Positions 52,180-62,484 are shown, counted from the first letter of the stretch. The stretch is 64,000 nucleotides of DNA from Ignavibacteriota bacterium (GCA_963727825.1 CAVSHO010000009.1:864001-928000), one strand, 5' to 3'. A program made the numbers and translations. The notes: generated from the sequence alone by a model not told the origin.

Positions 52180-53835
52180 TTATTTAATTGAGAAATATTC
52201 TAGAAATGTATCCTCTGGTGATTTCCTTCCTGTTAATGTAGTGCGAGGAGTGGTGTGCCTCAAATAATGAACCTGTTGACCACCATAATTATCAGTATGT
52301 AGAATATCGAAAACAACTTCTTTATTTTTCTTTGAAACAAGATGTGCATTTGAAATAACTTGTAAACTCAAAATATCTTTGTAGAAATCAACGAAATAAC
52401 CTCCTTGTATTGCATCTTTAATCATATCTTTTGTTAGCTCGACTTTATCATGAATTAAGTATTTAAGAGCATTGAATTCAACAGTCATTTCCGAGGAAGG
52501 TTTTCCAACAATAACAGTATAAAGATTTAGGTAGTTATCAAAATCTAAATCTTTTATATAGCCAAACGCTTGCTCAGTTAATATGAATCGATTCCGGAAA
52601 ATCTCATTATCTTCTGGGGTGTTATATTGGTTACTCACACGGCGCGATTCAACATCTTCTTTAAGTTTGTTTTTATCAAACGAACCAATAAGACTAATTT
52701 GAACGATATTGGAATTAATTTCATTTACTTCGAGAGAAATAGGAGTAAATATGACTACATTACCTCGAGCAATTCTTCTTTTAATTTCATAATTCAAGGA
52801 TTTTAGAAATTTCTCCACCTTATCTCTTGCAGAACCTACAAGATTTGTTGTTAGACGTACATCCTTATATCCAGCAGATAAAAGCCGCTCCTGTTCAATG
52901 GAAGACAATTGACTTACTCTCAAATCAATTTGGCTAGAAAGATTTTTCATGAGATCACTATTTGGATATTTCTTAGATAAATAATTCTGAAAAGCTACGA
53001 TGTCATCGGGTTCCCTTAACTTATTACAATCTTGACTAATACTTCCAAACAACCAAATAAAACTACTGTCATGACCAAGATCAGCGTATCTTTTCGCTGC
53101 ACTTATTGCTCTCTTTAGTTCTCCAAGATATTCAATATTATTAAAATGACTTTTTGTAAGATAATCTCTGATTTCTTCGTTCGCATAACCCAATGTTCGC
53201 TCGAAATTATATTTTCCCGCTGCAACATCAGATAGTATTATTGAAAGCAGGGCAACCTCCGAGTAACTCTTAATTACTGGTATTTTGTAAGATTCAAAAT
53301 GCATTGGAGAACCACCAGGATAATAAGTTCCTGATTGATATTCTAACAATTCTTTACATTTATTGTCAGAACAAGGAAATATTGGTTTAGCACCAAGGAT
53401 AAATGTTGGTGGAGATGCAGAAGACCTGTCAAAACAAATTCCATCGGTAAGCCAGTCATTATTCCCGTCACAAATATAGTAGATGGCTCGGTACTTTGGA
53501 CGTAAAGTTGTGAAATATAGGAAAAGATCTGAAATGGAATCAGCTTGCAAATCTTCAACAAAAGTCTTTACTGTTGATACTTCTTTCAACTCAATTAAAG
53601 GATGCAGTGTAGGATGAGAATTGTAATACTCTATAACATTCCAAATTGGACTTTTAGGACTTTGAACATATATATTACCAGTGAATATCTCATGTACTTC
53701 TTCTGGCTTTTTATAGATTAAAAGGATCTTTTTTGAATCAAAGGAAAGTTTTTGAATAAGTTGTGTGTCAATCGATGGTGCACATCCCATTAAGAAGACT
53801 ATTGACAAAGGCAAAAATATTTTTGATCGTCGCAT
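52180..53835 (-). CDS. Hypothetical lipoprotein, AT-rich
   Basis: 551-aa uninterrupted ORF with lipobox-like FLMG-C. No family recognised. Confidence 0.7.
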   Translation of the reverse strand: MRRSKIFLPLSIVFLMGCAPSIDTQLIQKLSFDSKKILLIYKKPEEVHEIFTGNIYVQSPKSPIWNVIEYYNSHPTLHPLIELKEVSTVKTFVEDLQADSISDLFLYFTTLRPKYRAIYYICDGNNDWLTDGICFDRSSASPPTFILGAKPIFPCSDNKCKELLEYQSGTYYPGGSPMHFESYKIPVIKSYSEVALLSIILSDVAAGKYNFERTLGYANEEIRDYLTKSHFNNIEYLGELKRAISAAKRYADLGHDSSFIWLFGSISQDCNKLREPDDIVAFQNYLSKKYPNSDLMKNLSSQIDLRVSQLSSIEQERLLSAGYKDVRLTTNLVGSARDKVEKFLKSLNYEIKRRIARGNVVIFTPISLEVNEINSNIVQISLIGSFDKNKLKEDVESRRVSNQYNTPEDNEIFRNRFILTEQAFGYIKDLDFDNYLNLYTVIVGKPSSEMTVEFNALKYLIHDKVELTKDMIKDAIQGGYFVDFYKDILSLQVISNAHLVSKKNKEVVFDILHTDNYGGQQVHYLRHTTPRTTLTGRKSPEDTFLEYFSIK

Positions 53836-53899
53836 ATATCATGTTCCTTTCATATGAACAAATATTTTTGCAATGAATTAATTTTCATATTTGTAACAT

Positions 53900-54232
53900 T
53901 TATTTTTTACTTTCTTGATAATCACCAATAAGAGTATTGTCACATAGCATTCCTTCACCTTTAAAAACAGAAATACCTTTACTATTCCTCCAAGTCAAAG
54001 AGAAAATCTTGTTTTCAGTGTTAAGCTTTTGCGATATTTCTAAAACAGCATTTTTGGGCTTCCCATTTTCCTGCCAAGTTGAATAATATTTACCAAGATA
54101 ATTGCCAGTATTCTCAAGCGAATCAGAACTTTCAGTATAAATACCAGGACTCTTATTATTTGAAAATTCACCAATAAGATTCCCGTTGATTGTTTGTTTA
54201 AAGTAGAAACATCCAATTAAATTGTTTGCCAT
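53900..54232 (-). CDS. Small beta-rich hypothetical protein
   Basis: 110 aa from the ATG at 54232, alternating beta-strand pattern (GCFYFKQT, LIGEFSNN, YYSTWQE, FKGEG, LIGDY). Confidence 0.65.
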   Translation of the reverse strand: MANNLIGCFYFKQTINGNLIGEFSNNKSPGIYTESSDSLENTGNYLGKYYSTWQENGKPKNAVLEISQKLNTENKIFSLTWRNSKGISVFKGEGMLCDNTLIGDYQESKK

Positions 54233-54323
54233 AATGGAACCTTTCATTATTATTTTTGTCAAATTGCCGTTGTATTTCAAAAAGGCAACATGCAAAATTT
54301 TCTCATCAAATCCAGAAAATTTC

Positions 54324-54389
54324 TTAAATATTGTTTTATTCCAATCGTCGCAACATGGCTATTGTCAAACCGCAAATAATCATTACGGA
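54324..54389 (-). repeat. Diverged duplicate of the ccmF 3' end (original 54572-54637)
   Basis: Gapless 57/66 nt match by manual alignment. SVMIICGLTIAMLRRLE* versus SAMIICGLTIAMLRRLKQNNT*. Confidence 0.85.
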
Positions 54390-54467
54390 CTAAAAATAAT
54401 CCCCAAAGATATTGCGCTGATAAATCGTAACAATAATTATGTTTACTGGAAAGAAGAAATAGAGTAA
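54390..54467 (+). repeat. Diverged duplicate of the 3' end of the 51427-52145 gene (other copy 52056-52127)
   Basis: Gapless 63/72 nt match, mostly synonymous differences. LKIIPKDIALINRNNNYVYWKEEI versus LKIIPKDIALMNRSNNYVYWKEEI. Confidence 0.85.
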
Positions 54468-54495
54468 ACAAGAAGACAACAATTGAATATTACCA

Positions 54496-54520
54496 AACGG
54501 GCGGCTTAAAGCCGCCCGTT
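54496..54520. terminator. Likely bidirectional intrinsic terminator
   Basis: AACGGGCGGCT-TAA-AGCCGCCCGTT hairpin between convergent gene ends. Confidence 0.75.
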
Positions 54521-54571
54521 GTGTTTCAAAAAGATAGTCTTCGAAGTTCTTTAATCAAAATTGAAAAATCT

Positions 54572-56816
54572 TTACGTATTGTTTTGCTTCAATCGTCGCA
54601 ACATAGCTATTGTCAAACCACAAATAATCATCGCGGAAGCAATCCATACTAAATTCATAAACGGCTTCACACTGATCTCAGCTATAAGAGTTTCAGGTTT
54701 CTGCATTCCCGCATGCATCATCTTTTCAACGCCGATAACATTGATTTGTACTTGTGATTTTTTTGTGCCAGAACCTACATTTATTACTACTAGTTGAAAT
54801 CCAAGATGTCCATTCTTGAGATATGCTGTTTTCATCTCGGGATTTCTCTGCAAATTATATGTTGTTGTCGGTACAATTTCTTGGACATCCTTTTTGGTTT
54901 TGATTTGAAGCACTGCACCAATGGTAACGGAATTCTCTCCACCCATCATACCGTTCTTACCATGCGTTCCCATCTCAAATCTTTGGAAGGTGATGGTGAT
55001 AGGACCGTAAATTTGTGGTTCACCTTTAACAAGAACAATTAGGTTCTCTTGATTTGTGTCTCCCTGCTCAATGGAAGCCGGCTCAAAGTAGAAGTCGCCA
55101 GACCAGGAACTTAAGTAATCCGGAATTCGCATAAGCCCGTTATTATAATTGCTTTCGAACATTATTGGTTCGAGAAGTGCGAACTTGCCATCTCGCTCAA
55201 GGTTGACGGTAAACTTTGTCTTTCCATCTTGTGTAGTAGACATTCCTATGTACGTCAGTTCGTAACCGAAAATCGACTTTGGCTGATTCAGTGGAAGTGA
55301 GATAGCTTGCTTCTCTCCATGCCTGCCGGATGCGATGATGCCAAGAAAAAGAATCGTCAATCCGATATGTGATAACGCCCCGCCAATAAAGCGTGGCTGT
55401 TCTTTTGCAATTTGGTAACCTTGACGGATACTGACAAAGAATGCGAAGAGCGATGTTAGCACGAGTAATATATCAAGAATATCGTGCAAACCCATTATAA
55501 TGAAAATACCGAGAATGACAATGGACAAGATACCAGGAATAATAAGTTTCTTAATAAATAATGGCAGTTCTTCTTTATTCCATTGCGTACTTAAACTGAA
55601 TCCGAGCAGTAATGTCATTAACATGGCAAGCGGTAGGCCGGTACGATCGTAGAACGATGGCTCAACTGTAGAAGTAGAAAACAACGGCTTGCTAGTTCCA
55701 AAAAGAATAACTGCCGCGCAGACTCCTATCACAATTATGGCAAGAGTGAGCATAGATTCGCGGTTGAACCATGCACTGTGAGGAGTTGCGATGTTCAGTT
55801 CTTTCCACCGCAGAATAATTATTCCAAATCCGCAAAAGGCGATCGCTCCTAACCATGCGATAAGCAATGAATATGCAAATGTGCCGGGATTCACAAATGA
55901 GTGCACCGAAGCATTTGCAAGAATTCCACTGCGCGTTAAGAACGTACTATAAATAACCAGGAGATATGCGAGTACAGCAAGAATGAAATTTGTACGCACA
56001 AGTTTACCAGTTAACATCTGAATGAGCATTGTATGGATTAACATAACAGCAACCATCCAGGGAATGAGCGACGAATTTTCCACAGGATCCCAGCCCCACC
56101 AACCACCCCACCCGAGTACACCTGTACGCCCAATAACCGCCGAGTATTAGACCGGCACCAAGTGATACAGCACTGAAAAGTACCCAAGGCAAAGCATTAT
56201 GTATCCACTTTTCATATTTTTTCTGCCAGAGAGCGGCAATAGCAAGGACAAATGGAATTGCAAGTGAAGCAAATCCTATAAATAAAATTGGAGGATGAAT
56301 TATCATCCAAAAATTTTGAAGCAGAGGATTGAGACCCCTGCCGTCTTGAGGAATAAAACCCTTCGGGATGTTATTCGTTGTTATTTCCCAGACGTATTGA
56401 AACGGTGATTTAATTGCAATAAGCAAAAGAAGAAATGAAAGTACAAGAGAATAAGTTGCCATTGCTTCTCTTTCCATTTCTCTACGCCGTGTATAGCGTT
56501 GTAGGACAAATCCGATGATAGCGGTAAAGAGCGCCCAAAGTAAAAAGCTTCCTTCCTGGCCGGCCCAAAATGTTGTTATCAATAGCGCCGTCGGCAAATC
56601 GCGAGAACTATAGCTTGCAATGTAGTTGTACTCAAACCGATGCTGAAGAATATAAAATATTAACAACGCGGAAACTGCAACAACACTGAGAGATGAGATA
56701 TAGAAACAGGTGCGCGCTAAAAGCAGAACATTTTGTCTTTTTGCGGATACGAAGTACAAACTTGTTGATATAAAAGCTGCTGCGAAAGAAATCCAAATAG
56801 TAAAAGAGCCAATCAT
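54572..56816 (-). CDS. ccmF: Cytochrome c biogenesis heme lyase CcmF, split by one indel near 56125
   Basis: WAGQEGS, LNPLLQN.WM.IHPP, WWD motif (GWGGWWGWDPVEN across the shift) and TRSG...SVHSF. Confidence 0.88.
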
Positions 56817-56964
56817 ATCTCTCCTTAACCTAATATATTTGTTGCATTGGAGGACGTCTTTTACCGTCTGCCATGCTGTGTCAAGTTTCGCATTGCACTC
56901 CGCTAGTACAGCGGAATCTAAATCGGTCTAAGTTAAAAGGTATAAAAAATGTTTGCAATAAGAT

Positions 56965-58257
56965 TCACAATTTTGGATTTCGTAAATACTCTTCAAGCTC
57001 TGAACGAAACGATGGATGGGCTATTGCAATGAGGGCTTCCGCTCGCTGGTGAAGATTCTTTCCATGTAGTGAAGCAACTCCGTATTCAGTTACGACATAA
57101 TGAACATCTGCTCGCGATGTAACTACACCAGCTCCTTGTTTGAGTTGAGGAACAATTCTGGAAACTGTTCCCTTCTTAGTTGTAGAAGGTAGCGCGATAA
57201 TCGGTTTGCCATCTTTGGAATGCGCCGCTCCACGGACGAAATCTACTTGACCGCCGAAACCACTATAAATTTTTGTACCAATAGAATCAGCACAGATTTG
57301 CCCGGTAATATCCACCTCGATACAGGAATTTATTGCAACCATTTTTTCGTTTTGCGAGATTATGAATGGATTGTTAGTATAGTCACAAGGGTGCAGTTCG
57401 AAGAGCGGATTATTGTGAACATAATCATATAACTTTTGAGTACCCATCACAAATGTTGCTACTACTTTGCCGGGATGAAGCGTTTTCTTCTGACTAGTGA
57501 TAATACCTTTTTCAATTGCTTCCACTACGCCGTCAGAAATCATTTCAGTGTGAATACCTAAATGTTGTTTACCTTCAATGCGTGCCAGCACTGCGTCTGG
57601 TATGCCGCCAATTCCTAATTGGAGCGTTGCACCATCTTCAATAATTGGAGTTATGAAGTCTGCAATCTTTGCTTCAATATCTGAAGCCGTTGTTGGCTGA
57701 AGTTCCAAAATCGGTATTGAACATTCTACAATTTTATGAACTCGAGACACGTGAATAAAAACATCACCTAACGTGCGCGGCATGCGTTCATTCACTTGTG
57801 CAACAACTATCTTTGCATTTTCAGCTGCCGCTTTCGATGCAGCGCACTCAACACCGAAACTCATAAAACCATGTGCATCTGGCGGTGAAACATGAATAAA
57901 AGCAACATCGAGAGGTATATATTTGTCACAAAATAATGACGGGATCTGAGAAAGATGAATCGGTACATAATCAGAAATTCCATCGGCAATGGATTGACGA
58001 TCACCGGGGCCGACAAACATCGAGTTGTGCCGGAAATGCTGGGACATGCCGGGCTTGGAAAGCGGGTCGCCTCCAAACAACAAAATGTGATTGACTTCTA
58101 CATCAGAAAGTTCCTGTGCACGATTTGCTAGAGCGTTCGTCAGCAGAAGCGGTGTTGCGGCGTTTCCGCTTAGAAAAATTCGGTCTTTTGATTTGACAAC
58201 TTTAACCGCCTCCTCAACCGTCGCGACTTTCGACTTGTATTGATCGAGCCAATTCAT
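56965..58257 (-). CDS. Acetyl-CoA hydrolase/transferase (4-hydroxybutyrate CoA-transferase-like)
   Basis: LQLGIGGIPDA, HTEM, SGFGGQVDFVRGA and VTEYG. Confidence 0.9.
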   Translation of the reverse strand: MNWLDQYKSKVATVEEAVKVVKSKDRIFLSGNAATPLLLTNALANRAQELSDVEVNHILLFGGDPLSKPGMSQHFRHNSMFVGPGDRQSIADGISDYVPIHLSQIPSLFCDKYIPLDVAFIHVSPPDAHGFMSFGVECAASKAAAENAKIVVAQVNERMPRTLGDVFIHVSRVHKIVECSIPILELQPTTASDIEAKIADFITPIIEDGATLQLGIGGIPDAVLARIEGKQHLGIHTEMISDGVVEAIEKGIITSQKKTLHPGKVVATFVMGTQKLYDYVHNNPLFELHPCDYTNNPFIISQNEKMVAINSCIEVDITGQICADSIGTKIYSGFGGQVDFVRGAAHSKDGKPIIALPSTTKKGTVSRIVPQLKQGAGVVTSRADVHYVVTEYGVASLHGKNLHQRAEALIAIAHPSFRSELEEYLRNPKL

Positions 58258-58265
58258 AGTAATTC

Positions 58266-59405
58266 CTATTTTGTTTTGTTTGCCGGAGAATTGAGTAATA
58301 TTTGAATGTCGTTCATTTCCATATCGAAAGCTTTTGCCGCGGCTTTATTAGTACAGCATCCTCGAAATGTGCAGACCCCCTTGGAAAGTCCAATATCAGC
58401 ACGAAGCACTTGTTCCACGCCAAGTTCTGTTGCTTCCCGCAAGAATGGAAGAAGTACATTCGTCCATCCGACAGTTGCTGTGCGCGGCACCGAAGCCGGA
58501 GTATTTGGGACACAATAATGTACGATGCCATGAGTTATATACACCGGATCAGTCAATGTTGTTGGACGGCTCGTCTCCACACAACCGCCTTGGTCGATAG
58601 AAATATCAACAATGACAGAACCGGGTTTCATCTGTTTCACTAAGTCTTCAGATACTAAATGCGGGGTCTTTTCGCCTTTCAATAGAACAGCTCCAATGAG
58701 AGCATCTGCTTCACGAACCGCACACTCAATATTGTATTGATCAGAAACAGCAGTAGCTATTCTCCACTGAAACAGATTTTCCAATTCACGCAACCGGCTA
58801 ATGTTCTTGTCGATAATCATCACCTTCGCTCCGACTCCAACCGCTACACGCGCCGCAGTGCGTCCGACGGTTCCAGCGCCAAGAATAAGCACATCGGCGG
58901 CAGGTACACCCGGAATACTTCCCAATAATACGCCGCGACCGCCTTGGCGAGCTTGAAGATAGTGCGCTGCTACTTGAATTGAAATCTGTCCGGCAATTTC
59001 TGCCATCGTCTGAACAATCGGCAGATCACCATGTTCATTTTCAATCAATTCATATCCGATAGCCGTCACATGCTTTTCAAGAAGTGTCTCTATCGTTTTT
59101 CGTTTAGAGATGGCAAGATGCAACGCCGAAAAAAGTGTCTGTCCTTCATGTAAAATTTTGAGTTCCGAATCAGCAGGCGGTGCAACTTTCAAGACTATGC
59201 TAGAACGATTAATAACTTCTTCCGGACTGTATACAATAATGGCGCCAGCATTGATATACTCATCATCTGTAAAAAAGCTAAGTGCGCCAGAGTTTCGTTC
59301 TACATATACGACAGCACCTAATCCCACTAATGTTTGTACACCACCCGGTGTTAATGCTACGCGTCGTTCAGACGGAGCTATTTCCTTGAGTATACCGATG
59401 TTCAT
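58266..59405 (-). CDS. ald: Alanine dehydrogenase
   Basis: KEI..ERRVALTP, GAGTVG, DISIDQGGCVETSRPTT and HYCVPN. Confidence 0.88.
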   Translation of the reverse strand: MNIGILKEIAPSERRVALTPGGVQTLVGLGAVVYVERNSGALSFFTDDEYINAGAIIVYSPEEVINRSSIVLKVAPPADSELKILHEGQTLFSALHLAISKRKTIETLLEKHVTAIGYELIENEHGDLPIVQTMAEIAGQISIQVAAHYLQARQGGRGVLLGSIPGVPAADVLILGAGTVGRTAARVAVGVGAKVMIIDKNISRLRELENLFQWRIATAVSDQYNIECAVREADALIGAVLLKGEKTPHLVSEDLVKQMKPGSVIVDISIDQGGCVETSRPTTLTDPVYITHGIVHYCVPNTPASVPRTATVGWTNVLLPFLREATELGVEQVLRADIGLSKGVCTFRGCCTNKAAAKAFDMEMNDIQILLNSPANKTK

Positions 59406-59641
59406 GCCAACGATCCTTCCTATGTTTTGTTTTTTGTCTTACCTTAGAAAATGATTACGTGAAGTGCAAGACGCATTATCAGCTTGTTATTATGCTGTTT
59501 TATTATTGTAGAGTGAAAGGGTGAAAAAGTAACAATATTCGGATTTGATACGTTGATTCTTTGAATATTCATAACAGAACCTCCGTTCAACATCTAAGAA
59601 GTAATATTTCTAAGCGAAGATTTGTTATCCGTTTGGCAGTC

Positions 59642-59965
59642 TTACAAAAAATCTGGATTACATTCAGAGATAACGCTATTGCTCACCTGACCGCAGGCAC
59701 GGATTGCATTCAGTTTTTGATTAATGTGCAAAACAATTCGACTCTTTTCTTCTAAAAGTTCGCGCAAAAAAGAATTTACATCCGGGTAGTCACATTCTAT
59801 CATGATTGTTTCGTAGAATTGGATCATCTTAGCTTCTTTTCGCATTGCCTCAGTCAACATTTTACACGTGATACGACAGTCATGGCTACATTTTGTATAA
59901 CCGGGCTCTGTTGTATTTTCGCTCCAAGCTTGAATTGCAGATTGTGTTTTATCTATTTGCTTCAC
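59642..59965 (-). CDS. Small Cys-rich helical protein, ferritin/rubrerythrin-like half domain
   Basis: EAMRKEAKMIQFYE...DVNSFLRELLEEK. Start overlaps the stop of the gamma-subunit gene. Confidence 0.5.
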   Translation of the reverse strand: MKQIDKTQSAIQAWSENTTEPGYTKCSHDCRITCKMLTEAMRKEAKMIQFYETIMIECDYPDVNSFLRELLEEKSRIVLHINQKLNAIRACGQVSNSVISECNPDFL

Positions 59966-60603
59966 TGTGCCGCCATTTTAGTTGTTGCTTCTATCGCCAA
60001 ATCTCTCCCCCGCACTAACGCTTGCTCATTCAGAGGAATTAAATGTTGTCTATGCGGAGGCAGAACGCCGTGAAGGGCACTTATTACATGTTCTAACTTT
60101 ACGATCGGGCATAGTTCGATGTAAGCGCCGAGTAACACCATGTTTGCTACTTGCTTGCTTTTGAGTTTTTGAGCCTCTTCTAATCCTGGAATAGCAAGAA
60201 TCTCAATATCTTTTCTTGTAGGCGGACGGAGAATGGTGGATTTTTCATAGATCAAGATGCCGCCTGGTTTCACGGCATTTTCAAATTTTTCTACCGATGG
60301 CTGATTTAGTACAATAGCAGTGTCGAACTTTGTGACAATAGGAGAACTAATACGTGAATCAGAAACTATTACCGTGCAATTTGCGGTGCCGCCGCGCATT
60401 TCGGGGCCGTAGGAAGGCATCCAACTTACTTCTTTGTTTCCTTCCATTGCGGCGTAAGCAATGATTTGCCCCATTGAAAGAACACCTTGACCGCCAAAAC
60501 CGGCAATAATTATTTCTTGAGTTGTTCCCATATTCATAGTCGCTTTATTTTTCAAAGAGAATATTGCTTTACCATCTTTACAAATTTCTACAGGATTCAA
60601 CAT
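59962..60603 (-). CDS. 2-oxoacid:ferredoxin oxidoreductase gamma subunit
   Basis: AGFGGQGVL and SYGPEMRGGTANC. Confidence 0.92.
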   Translation of the reverse strand: MLNPVEICKDGKAIFSLKNKATMNMGTTQEIIIAGFGGQGVLSMGQIIAYAAMEGNKEVSWMPSYGPEMRGGTANCTVIVSDSRISSPIVTKFDTAIVLNQPSVEKFENAVKPGGILIYEKSTILRPPTRKDIEILAIPGLEEAQKLKSKQVANMVLLGAYIELCPIVKLEHVISALHGVLPPHRQHLIPLNEQALVRGRDLAIEATTKMAAQ

Positions 60604-61379
60604 TAATTCTTTGGTACTTTAATATCTCCAAGTGGATAAATCGGAAACATGTTTTTCTCCAACCATTCATTGGATTCTACCGGTGTCATTTTCCACCCAG
60701 ACGGACAATTAGAAACTACTTCGATAAAGCAAGTACCTCTTTTTTCTTTTTGGTATTTGAAAGATGCAGAAATCGCTTTTTTTAACTTACGTACAGCTAA
60801 CGTATTATGTACCGAATGCCGCGAAACGTAATACGCGCCGGGAAGCTGTGCAAGCAATTCTGTAATTTTCAATGGATTGCCCATTGTCATCGCTTCACGT
60901 CCAAATGGCGATGTCGTTGTTTTCATGCCCAATATTGATGTCGGAGCCATTTGACCGCCTGTCATTCCGTATATACCATTGTTAATAAAAATCATAAGTA
61001 TATTCTCACCGCGATTGACGGTATGAATTGTTTCGCCGGTACCAATTGCCGCAAGATCACCATCGCCTTGATAAGAAAAAACATATTTATCGGGAAGAAC
61101 GCGCTTTACACCCGTCGCTACTGCGCTTGCGCGTCCATGCGCCGCTTCCTGCATATCGATGTTCATATAATCGTATGCAAACACAGCGCATCCGACCGGT
61201 GCCACGCCGATAGTCTCTTCCTGAATATTCATTTCTTCAATTACTTCCATTAGAATTTTATGCACTACACCATGTCCGCACCCCGGACAATAGTGTGTCG
61301 GCGTATCGGTAAGCGTTTTAGGCTTTGCATAAACAACTTCTAATCCATCTATTTTTGCGGCTGTTTCCATTTCTTCCAT
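60603..61379 (-). CDS. 2-oxoacid:ferredoxin oxidoreductase beta (TPP-binding) subunit
   Basis: YCPGCGHG, YQGDGD and NNGIYGMTGGQ. Confidence 0.92.
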   Translation of the reverse strand: MEEMETAAKIDGLEVVYAKPKTLTDTPTHYCPGCGHGVVHKILMEVIEEMNIQEETIGVAPVGCAVFAYDYMNIDMQEAAHGRASAVATGVKRVLPDKYVFSYQGDGDLAAIGTGETIHTVNRGENILMIFINNGIYGMTGGQMAPTSILGMKTTTSPFGREAMTMGNPLKITELLAQLPGAYYVSRHSVHNTLAVRKLKKAISASFKYQKEKRGTCFIEVVSNCPSGWKMTPVESNEWLEKNMFPIYPLGDIKVPKN

Positions 61380-61380
61380 C

Positions 61381-62484
61381 CTATACATGCATCGTTTGAA
61401 ATTCTTTTGCAATTGATTCCACCTTTACCAGTACTTCTTCTGGTGATGGAATCATTCCGCCCATCCGTCCGTAGAAATGCACCGGACATTTGCCGTTAAT
61501 TGCAAGCCGCACGTCTTCGACCATTTGTCCTGCATTCATTTCAACCGTCAGAAATACTTTTGCGTGCTTCGCTAATTTTGCAAGCGCATCTGTTGGAAAA
61601 GGATACAACGTGATGGGACGAAGCAATCCAACTTTTAACTCTTTTTCGCGTGCCAGATTCACAGTCTTGCCGCAAATACGGGATGTTAATCCGAACGCGA
61701 CAAGCACGATATCTGCATCTTCGGTCTGGAATTCTTCCCATCGAACTTCATTTTGTAGTTGTCGGTATTTTTCCTGCAAGACTAAATTTAACTTCTCCAT
61801 TCGCTCAGGTTGAATGAAAAGAGAAGTAATAATATTTCTCTCTCGTGAATTCGGCTTTCCGATCGTCGTCCAGGAGTAATTTGGTTTTGGCAAGGAACCT
61901 GCCGCAGGCAAGGTAACCTTCTCCATCATCTGACCGAGTGCACCGTCGGCAAGAATCATTGCCGGATTACGATATTTTTCTGTTAAACGAAATGCATCGA
62001 ACATAAAATCTACCATCTCTTGAACAGACGATGGTGCAAGGACGATGAGGTGATAATCGCCATGACCGCCGCCTTTTACTGCTTGAAAATAATCTGCCTG
62101 CGATGGCTGGATAGTACCAAGACCGGGGCCGCCTCGCTGAACATTTACAATAACTGCCGGCAGCTGTGCTGACGCCATATATGAAAGACATTCCTGCATC
62201 AAACTGATACCGGGGCTTGACGATGAAATCATTGTACGCGCACCAGCGCCAGAAGCGCCATGCACCATATTTATTGCTGCAAGTTCGCTCTCCGCTTGCA
62301 GCACCACAACGCCCGGATAGTTTGGCTGCTGAATTGCAAGATATTCCATAACTTCTGTTTGCGGTGTAATGGGATATCCAAAGTAAGCCTGCATACCTGC
62401 ACGCAAAGCGGCTTCAGCAAGCGCCTCATTGCCTTTCATCAATCGAGTATTAGATTTTTCGTTTCCACTTGCCATGCTATTCAC
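61381..62484 (-). CDS. vorB: 2-oxoacid:ferredoxin oxidoreductase alpha subunit (ketoisovalerate oxidoreductase VorB-like)
   Basis: MKGNEA, GYPITPQ, QAESE, RGGPGLGTIQPSQADY and GGGHGDY. Confidence 0.88.
   Translation of the reverse strand: MNSMASGNEKSNTRLMKGNEALAEAALRAGMQAYFGYPITPQTEVMEYLAIQQPNYPGVVVLQAESELAAINMVHGASGAGARTMISSSSPGISLMQECLSYMASAQLPAVIVNVQRGGPGLGTIQPSQADYFQAVKGGGHGDYHLIVLAPSSVQEMVDFMFDAFRLTEKYRNPAMILADGALGQMMEKVTLPAAGSLPKPNYSWTTIGKPNSRERNIITSLFIQPERMEKLNLVLQEKYRQLQNEVRWEEFQTEDADIVLVAFGLTSRICGKTVNLAREKELKVGLLRPITLYPFPTDALAKLAKHAKVFLTVEMNAGQMVEDVRLAINGKCPVHFYGRMGGMIPSPEEVLVKVESIAKEFQTMHV

Noticed and set aside
54222-54467. 81-aa plus-strand ORF as a real gene
   Set aside because: It is a chance read-through of the two duplicated tail fragments.
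56880-56935. Hairpin plus GGTCTAAG upstream of ccmF as a c-di-GMP-I riboswitch
   Set aside because: It lacks the GGCAAAC/GAAA/GCAAAG core and is on the wrong strand for ccmF.
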